Shown piece after piece: positions 28,611-34,194 of a stretch of DNA of 34,194 nucleotides. Within the stretch, counting starts at the first letter, position 1, and each line of letters begins with the position of its first letter. The position numbers were made by a program, and so were the translations under genes. Below the pieces are notes generated by a model that worked only from the letters and a program-made list of their open reading frames with translations, was not told the DNA's origin and did not search any database. This DNA is from Acidobacteriota bacterium (lineage in GTDB: Bacteria > Acidobacteriota > Terriglobia > Bryobacterales > Bryobacteraceae). The stretch lies in contig QHXU01000190.1 in assembly GCA_003223065.1 (NCBI GenBank), positions 802-34,995 of the forward strand, in the 5' to 3' direction.

Positions 28611-30272
28611 CTATAACCGGCGCGCCACGACCACCGTAATGTCGTCGGCTGCCGGCGCGCCCTGCGTGAAGCGGGCAACCGCTCCGTCGATCGCCTCGAC
28701 GATCTCACCCGCCGGCCGGCCACGCATGGATGCGACCAGCGCCGCCAGACGCTCCTCGCCGAAGTCCTCATCCAGCGGATCGGCAGCCTCCGTGACGCCG
28801 TCGCTGAACAACACCAGCACGTCGCCCGGCTCCATGCACGCGCGCGATTCCTGGTACGTAGCTTGTGGCAGGACTCCGAGGATCACGCCTCCGCCGCTGA
28901 GCCGGTCAAAGCCGCCTGTGGCGCGCACCATGAGGGGCGGATTGTGGCCCGCGTTGGCGTAAACCAGCTCGCCCGTAGCAGGATCCACCACGCTCATGAA
29001 GAACGTGATGAAGCGATTGTCGGGGCACTTGGCGCAGACGGCCTTGTTCAGCCTTCCGAGCTTGCGGGCCAGATCGTCAGCCTCTTCGAACAGCACGTGA
29101 ACGCGCGCCTGCAGGCTGGACATGAGCAGGGACGCCGGCATCCCCTTACCCGCCACGTCGCCTACCAGCATGCCCACGCGCCCGTCAGGAAACTCGAGGA
29201 AGTCGTAGTAGTCGCCCCCAACCGTGCGGCAGGCGGTGGTTTTGCCCGCGATATCGAGACCGGCGACCATGGGTGGCGAAGACGGCAGCATGGCCCTCTG
29301 GATCTGCGCCGCCTGCTCCATCTCCTTGGCCATGGCGCGTTCGGCTTCCTCGATCTCGTTTAGGCGCGCGTGCTCGATGCGGATGGCCGCCACGTTGGCC
29401 ATCACCGTCAGCAGATTCAAGTCCTCGCGCGAGAATTCGCGAATCAGGTGGGGCGTGTCCACATAGATCAACCCGATGACGCGGTCGTTGGTCTGCAAAG
29501 GCACGGCGATCATGCTGCGCACCTTGTGCTCGACGATGCTCACCTGGCCCCGCAAAGCCTGGTCAAGCTGGGCGTCGCGCACCAACAGCGACTGCTTCTC
29601 CTTGATCACGCGGTCGCGCACCGTGGTCGAGATCTTGAAACCGCCGCCGCGAGCGGCGCGCAGCCTCAACTCATCGCCTTCGAGCGTCATCAGCACGCCC
29701 CGGCCGGCCAAGACCGCCTCCACCGAAAGATCCATGATCAAGGGGAACAGCTCGTCGAGCGGGCGATGACCGGCCAGCTCGCGCCCGGCACGGATCAGGG
29801 CGCGCATCTGGGGGCTGCCCTGCATCACATAGGTCTTGTTCAGGTCGTCGGACTGCGGCCCGAGCACCGCGTCCAAATTCGCCACCAGCGTTGTCGAAGA
29901 GTTCGAAAAACTTTCGCCGTGTTCGACGAATACGACCGTGTTGTTCGCGGGCGGCGCGGCGTCCGCGAACTCGAGCGTCAAGTGCCCGGCGGAGATCCGG
30001 TCGCCCGGTCCGAACGGCACCGGCTGGTCGATCCGCTTGCCGTTTACCAGCGTCCCGTTTTTGCTCCTCAGGTCCTCCACTTGCCAGGTGCCGTTTACGC
30101 GCGTCAGGGCCAGGTGCTGGCGCGACAAGCCGGCGTCGTCGGGATAGCACAATTCGTTCGCGCTGGAGCGGCCGAGGGTGATGCGGTCGCGGTCAAGCGC
30201 CACGGTGCTGGTCTTGCCGTCGATATTGCGGATCACCAATTCCCGCGGAATCGTCTGGCCAGTCGAAACCAC
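28611..30272 (-). CDS. FHA-GAF-PP2C (SpoIIE/RsbU-like) serine phosphatase
   Basis: GTG start. FHA region: ITLGRSSANELCYPDDAGLSRQHLAL...NGTLVNG. Central GAF-like region. PP2C motifs GGDYYDF, GDVAGKG, NAGHNPP, SDGVTEA and DDITVVV. Confidence 0.85.
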   Translation of the reverse strand: MVSTGQTIPRELVIRNIDGKTSTVALDRDRITLGRSSANELCYPDDAGLSRQHLALTRVNGTWQVEDLRSKNGTLVNGKRIDQPVPFGPGDRISAGHLTLEFADAAPPANNTVVFVEHGESFSNSSTTLVANLDAVLGPQSDDLNKTYVMQGSPQMRALIRAGRELAGHRPLDELFPLIMDLSVEAVLAGRGVLMTLEGDELRLRAARGGGFKISTTVRDRVIKEKQSLLVRDAQLDQALRGQVSIVEHKVRSMIAVPLQTNDRVIGLIYVDTPHLIREFSREDLNLLTVMANVAAIRIEHARLNEIEEAERAMAKEMEQAAQIQRAMLPSSPPMVAGLDIAGKTTACRTVGGDYYDFLEFPDGRVGMLVGDVAGKGMPASLLMSSLQARVHVLFEEADDLARKLGRLNKAVCAKCPDNRFITFFMSVVDPATGELVYANAGHNPPLMVRATGGFDRLSGGGVILGVLPQATYQESRACMEPGDVLVLFSDGVTEAADPLDEDFGEERLAALVASMRGRPAGEIVEAIDGAVARFTQGAPAADDITVVVARRL

Positions 30273-30383
30273 CGAAATAGATTAGCACGCATAACCGTGC
30301 CGCGGACGGCGCCGGCCGGGCCGCAACGCGTGCCTGACGCGTCGCGCTTGACTTCCCCCTCCACGATCTAATAACGTCATCCG

Positions 30384-31520
30384 ATGAAGATCGTTTTTGC
30401 TTTTCTCGCTTTGGCCGTCCTGGCTCTCGCCCAGGCCAAGACCGAAATTGGCGCCATTAACGGCGCCGCCTACCGCATCGACGTTCCCGAAAACTGGAAC
30501 GGTGGTCTGGTCGTCTACTGCCATGGCTACAACGCGAAGCCAGTGACCTACACCGACCAGAAACTGCCGCCGTCTCTCCAGGTGTTTGTGGACGAAGGGT
30601 AAGCGCTAGCGCAGTCGGGTTATGCCGCGGGCGGCTGGGCGATTCAGGAAGCCGTTGTGGATATCGAGAGCCTCCGCCGCTACTTTGTATCGAAGCACGG
30701 GCGGCAGAAGGAGACGTATCTCGCCGGGCACTCCATGGGAGGCTTCCTGACGATGATGCTGATGGAGATTTACCCAACCGTGTACGATGCCGGCCTGCCG
30801 CTGTGCGGACCTCTGGCCGCGAGCACGTGGTTCATGTCGCGCGGCGCATTCGATGGGCTGGTGCTGTTCAACTATTACTTCCCCGGTGTGCTGCCGGACC
30901 CTGCAAAAATTCCGCCGAATTTCGTTAATAATCGTGAACTGCAGGCCAAGGTCGAACAGGCGCTCAATGCCGCTCCCGACAAGGCCGCGGTTCTGCGCCG
31001 CCAGAACAATCTCAAAAACAATCACGATCTGGCGAGCACGCTGGCCTTTGTCGTGTACCTGATCAAGGAACTGGATGAGCGTGCCGGCGGCAGCCCCTTC
31101 GATAACCGCAACGTGATCTACAACGGCACGCTGGACGATAACGCGGTCAACGCGGCCATTCCGCGCTACGCTGCCGATCCCAAGGCGGTGGATTACCTGC
31201 GGAGCAACTACACGCCCACCGGTCACATCGAGAAACCCATGCTCGCCATCCACACGAGTTACGATCCGCTGGCGCCGGTGATCATCCCCAACATGTATGA
31301 ATCGATCGTGGAGCTGGCCGGCACGGCGCGGCTGTTTGTGCAGCAATACGTGAAACATGACGGCCACTGCGCGATTCTACCGGAGGAAATCGCCCGCGGA
31401 TTTGCCGAGCTGCGCGAGTCGCCCGCAGGGCGGCGAATTGCCGAGGCCGTCGGTAGGCGGAAACTAGCCCGGCGATTTCGACGTTTTAGTGAACAATCCC
31501 AGCAGTCCCCCGAGCCCTGA
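30384..31520 (+). pseudogene. Secreted alpha/beta-hydrolase gene interrupted by a single in-frame TAA at 30600-30602
   Basis: ORFs 30384-30602 (signal peptide plus WNGGLVVYCHGY) and 30657-31520 (GHSMGG nucleophile elbow) are in the same frame. The translation reads straight through as ...FVDEG*ALAQSGYAAGGWAIQEAVVDIESL... Confidence 0.7.
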
Positions 31521-32684
31521 GGATTTCTTGGCAGTGTCAGTCCGCCCGCCCAGACGGTCGGCGAGTTGCATTATGCCCTTTCCGAAGCTGGTATTGGCGG
31601 GAGTGGGCTTGCCATCCATCAGGGCTCTCTGCACAGCCTCGTAATCGCTGGGAAGGATTTCGAAGACGTCGGTGTGCAGAGCGGTGCCAATCACCTCCCT
31701 GCTCAGGCCCACGTCGCGATGATACCGATTGACGATCAACCGGATCTTCCACCGGCCGATGCGATTGGTGTCGAGATAGGAGAGTGCGCGTTGCGCGGCC
31801 TGCAGCGCGGGCAATTCGTTGGTTGTAACCAGCAGGAGCTCGTTGGCCTGACGCGCCTGATTGAGGTTCCAGTCGCCGTAGACGGTGGAGGTATCGAGCA
31901 CGATCACGTCATAGATGTGGCGCGCGTAGTCGAGGATGGGCGTTGGATCGCGCAAGTCCTGCGTGGCCTCGACCATGATCTCCGGCGCCAGCAGCACGTC
32001 GACTCCCTGAACCGGAGTGACCATGGCGTTCCAGAGATCGTCGTCGAGCTCGTGCGCCCTCTGGAGCGTGTCGAGGAAGCTGTAAATCGACTTGATCTTG
32101 AGTAAGAAGGATAACGTGCCAGTCAGGGGATCGAGATCGGCCAGCAGAATTTTCTTGGCGCCCAGCCGCTTCCATTGAAAGGCCAGGTTGCACGCGATGG
32201 TGGTCGCTCCGCAAGCGCCCTTGGCGGGCATGACGGCGTAGATTTTTGCCAGCTGCTTGACCGGGCCTTCGGCGGTGGGCTGCAGGCGAGCCAGCTTGGT
32301 CATCGCGGCCTCGATCTGATCTCCGCTAAAGGGTTGCACCAGGAAATCGACGGCCCCGGCGCGAAGGCAGCGGAGGATGAAATCCGGATCATTGCCGGCG
32401 AGCAGCGCGATCACCTGTATGTGAGGGCCCAGGCGGCTCATTTCGCCCAACAGTTGAAGCGCCTGATCGCGGTCGGAGACCACGTCCAGGAACACGAGGT
32501 GGGAGGCGCCTCCGCCCATGCCTCCCGGTATGTCTCTGGGCGACGGGTAGTTGGCGATCTGGCTTGTCTGGACGCCTTGCAGGTGTACCTGCAGAAGCGG
32601 ACCCAGCTCAGCCAGCATTCGCGAGTTGGGGCTGACGACCACGGCACGCCGTGATGCCGAGGGTGGCGCCTCACGATGCTGCAT
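31464..32684 (-). CDS. TadZ/CpaE-like protein: degenerate receiver domain plus ParA/MinD-type ATPase domain with a variant Walker A
   Basis: The N-terminal receiver-like fold lacks the acidic pair (VVVSPNS...VFLDVV). The P-loop region is AKGACGATTIACNLA (nt 32199-32222). LLADLDP and IVLDT motifs are present. No other Tad/Flp genes are in the window. Confidence 0.7.
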   Translation of the reverse strand: MQHREAPPSASRRAVVVSPNSRMLAELGPLLQVHLQGVQTSQIANYPSPRDIPGGMGGGASHLVFLDVVSDRDQALQLLGEMSRLGPHIQVIALLAGNDPDFILRCLRAGAVDFLVQPFSGDQIEAAMTKLARLQPTAEGPVKQLAKIYAVMPAKGACGATTIACNLAFQWKRLGAKKILLADLDPLTGTLSFLLKIKSIYSFLDTLQRAHELDDDLWNAMVTPVQGVDVLLAPEIMVEATQDLRDPTPILDYARHIYDVIVLDTSTVYGDWNLNQARQANELLLVTTNELPALQAAQRALSYLDTNRIGRWKIRLIVNRYHRDVGLSREVIGTALHTDVFEILPSDYEAVQRALMDGKPTPANTSFGKGIMQLADRLGGRTDTAKKSSGLGGLLGLFTKTSKSPG

Positions 32685-32879
32685 GGGGACCCGCAGACCA
32701 GTTTGGGATAAGTTCCAAAGAAGTAAATCGACTAGAAGCGATCATAACATGAGAGCCTCCTGGCGATCCTGCTACTAACAAAGTGGTATACCAAGCCGAT
32801 GAGTCTCCAAAAACGTTTTACTCCGCCATGGCATACCCCGCAAGGGGAAGAGGTGGGAGAAAGAGGGTGGAAAAGAAAG

Positions 32880-33581
32880 ATGCCAAACGCGACTGCAATC
32901 AACGGAGCCTCCAATAATATCGGGCTCGGTAACACGGTTAAGACAATCAGTATTTGCGACACGCAGCCGGTGACAGCGGAAGGGATCCGGAATCTGTTGG
33001 ATGCGTGTCCAGACCTACAGTTTCTGGAAATGACCGATTCGCTGCCGCAGGCCCTGGAGCTTGTGCGGCGGACGCCTCCGGACGTGCTGATCCTCGACAA
33101 AGCGTTCGGGATACAGGCGATTCTGGAATGGCTTACCCAACTGCGGGCAGAGGAGATGAAGGCTGCCGGCCTACGCACCACGATCGTGGTTTGGGGCATT
33201 TCAGTCACAGAAGCAGAGGCTTTGCGGTTTCTGCAAGCTGGCGCCCGCGGTATCCTGCGAAAAACGGCCACCGTGCCGGTTGTGCTGGCTTGCTTGCGCA
33301 CGGTGGCTCTGGGCCGGAGCTGGATGGAAGACTGCGTGTTTCGCGACTCGGCCCGCTCGGATCGCTATCCCAGAAGCCAATTGACCGGTCGCGAGCAGCA
33401 GGTGTTGGAGCTAGTGGAACAAGGCTTCAAAAACAAGGAGATCGCGACGGAACTGGGGATTCGCCCCGGCACCGTCAAGATTCACCTCAAGCACATTTTC
33501 GAAAAGACCGGTGTTCGCGGACGCTACGGCCTGGCCCTAAGCGGTCTGAAAGATCGCGGATTGGTTTCGATGACCGCTTGA
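32880..33581 (+). CDS. LuxR/NarL-family response regulator (atypical receiver plus LuxR HTH)
   Basis: HTH is LTGREQQVLELVEQGFKNKEIATELGIRPGTVKIHLKHIFEKTGV. The receiver has ISICDTQP and VLILDKAF. I prefer ATG 32880, which follows a purine-rich stretch. ATG 32799 is the alternative. Confidence 0.8.
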   Translation: MPNATAINGASNNIGLGNTVKTISICDTQPVTAEGIRNLLDACPDLQFLEMTDSLPQALELVRRTPPDVLILDKAFGIQAILEWLTQLRAEEMKAAGLRTTIVVWGISVTEAEALRFLQAGARGILRKTATVPVVLACLRTVALGRSWMEDCVFRDSARSDRYPRSQLTGREQQVLELVEQGFKNKEIATELGIRPGTVKIHLKHIFEKTGVRGRYGLALSGLKDRGLVSMTA

Positions 33582-33647
33582 GCGCGAAGAGCCCTCGAAT
33601 CTGATTCCAGCAACGCACCGAGCTTCTTCGCGCTATCCTAATGCTAC

Positions 33648-34194
33648 GTGCGTTATCTCCTGGTTCTCGCGGTTCTGTCCAGGTGCGTGTCCGCTCAGTC
33701 CTCGCTCACCAAGACTCTCATAGACGAGCTCGACCGTAACTTCAACATCCTGAAGCAGAAAGGCGACCCACCGCCTTACTTCATGGCGTACCAGGTCACC
33801 GAGGCGGAGGGCGACTTCGTGATCGCCAGCCGAGGCTCACTGGACATTCAGAATCATTCTCACCAGCGCATGCTCGATGTGACCATTCGCGTAGGCTGCC
33901 CGAAGTTCGACAATTACCGACGCGTGGGCGCGGACCGGCCCCGGTTCACCGCTGCAATGCCAATTGCGCTCGACGATAACGCGGCCGCAATCCGTCAATC
34001 CGTGTGGCTTTCCACTGACCGCGCCTATCGCAGGGTTTCGCAGCGCCTCCTCCGAATCAAGGGGGATGAAAAGCTGCGTGCCGGGGCGATCGACGGCTCG
34101 GACGATTTTTCGAGCGAAGATCCACAGGTGTACTTCTCCGCGCCGCCCCCGCTTAAGTTCAACGCGAACCAATGGGCGGAGCGGCTGCGAAAAC
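33648..34194 (+). CDS. Secreted TldD/PmbA-family metallopeptidase-like protein, N-terminal part (runs off the window)
   Basis: This ORF is not in the track because it has no stop in the window. GTG 33648 gives (M)RYLLVLAVLSRCVSAQ, then LIDELDRNFNILKQKGDPPPYFMAYQVTEAEGDFVIASRGSL...LDVTIRVGCPKFDN...LDDNAAAIRQSVWLSTDRAYR. I recognise this pattern from secreted TldD/PmbA-like proteins. Confidence 0.6.
   Translation, partial: MRYLLVLAVLSRCVSAQSSLTKTLIDELDRNFNILKQKGDPPPYFMAYQVTEAEGDFVIASRGSLDIQNHSHQRMLDVTIRVGCPKFDNYRRVGADRPRFTAAMPIALDDNAAAIRQSVWLSTDRAYRRVSQRLLRIKGDEKLRAGAIDGSDDFSSEDPQVYFSAPPPLKFNANQWAERLRK

Noticed and set aside
30284-30302. Sigma-54-like element on the minus strand (CGGCACGGTTATGCG) upstream of the FHA-GAF-PP2C gene.
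   Set aside because: The GG-to-GC register is 11 nt instead of the strict 12. The element would put the TSS essentially on the start codon.
32784-32793. 10-bp perfect palindrome TGGTATACCA in the TadZ-like/LuxR divergent region.
   Set aside because: A 5+5 palindrome is expected about 0.2 times by chance in a 200-bp region. There is no second copy or extended symmetry. It is worth remembering only if the LuxR regulator is footprinted.
33837-34172. 111-aa minus-strand ORF at the right end of the window.
   Set aside because: It lies antisense to the open, family-recognisable TldD/PmbA-like reading frame that starts at GTG 33648.

Overview
This is a high-GC, densely coding bacterial chromosomal segment with about 27 genes on both strands. 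I found no rRNA, tRNA, CRISPR, IS or phage genes. A VWFA-related acidobacterial-type domain, and a Solibacter-type C-terminal domain on a giant repeat protein, suggest Acidobacteriota. That assignment is from memory and was not searched. Left to right the window holds: (1) a histidine kinase (5' partial) and a sigma-54-dependent NtrC-family response regulator; (2) a PP-loop ATPase of the Dph6/MJ0570 type; (3) a form II CO-dehydrogenase-like molybdoenzyme operon, coxS-L-M-G, preceded by a consensus sigma-54 promoter; (4) a lone CheY-like receiver, an acyl-CoA carboxyltransferase and a secreted VWA protein; (5) lolD overlapping clpC; (6) a 1144-aa secreted protein with eight BACON/Ig-like repeats, preceded by a second sigma-54-like promoter; (7) an aldo/keto reductase-nfo-leuS operon; (8) a minus-strand run of FHA-GAF-PP2C phosphatase, FMN reductase, an unknown 259-aa protein, and a tight AsnB-like amidotransferase / ArnT-like GT-C / GT4 module; (9) a secreted alpha/beta-hydrolase gene broken by one in-frame TAA; (10) an orphan TadZ/CpaE-like protein divergent from a LuxR-type regulator; (11) the start of a secreted TldD/PmbA-like peptidase. 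I see no clearly novel self-contained system. The best leads are the sigma-54 wiring of the CODH-like operon and the giant surface protein, the orphan TadZ-like/LuxR pair, the AsnB/GT-C/GT4 glycan module with its upstream signalling and unknown genes, and the interrupted hydrolase. All functional calls rest on motif recognition by eye. No searches were run.
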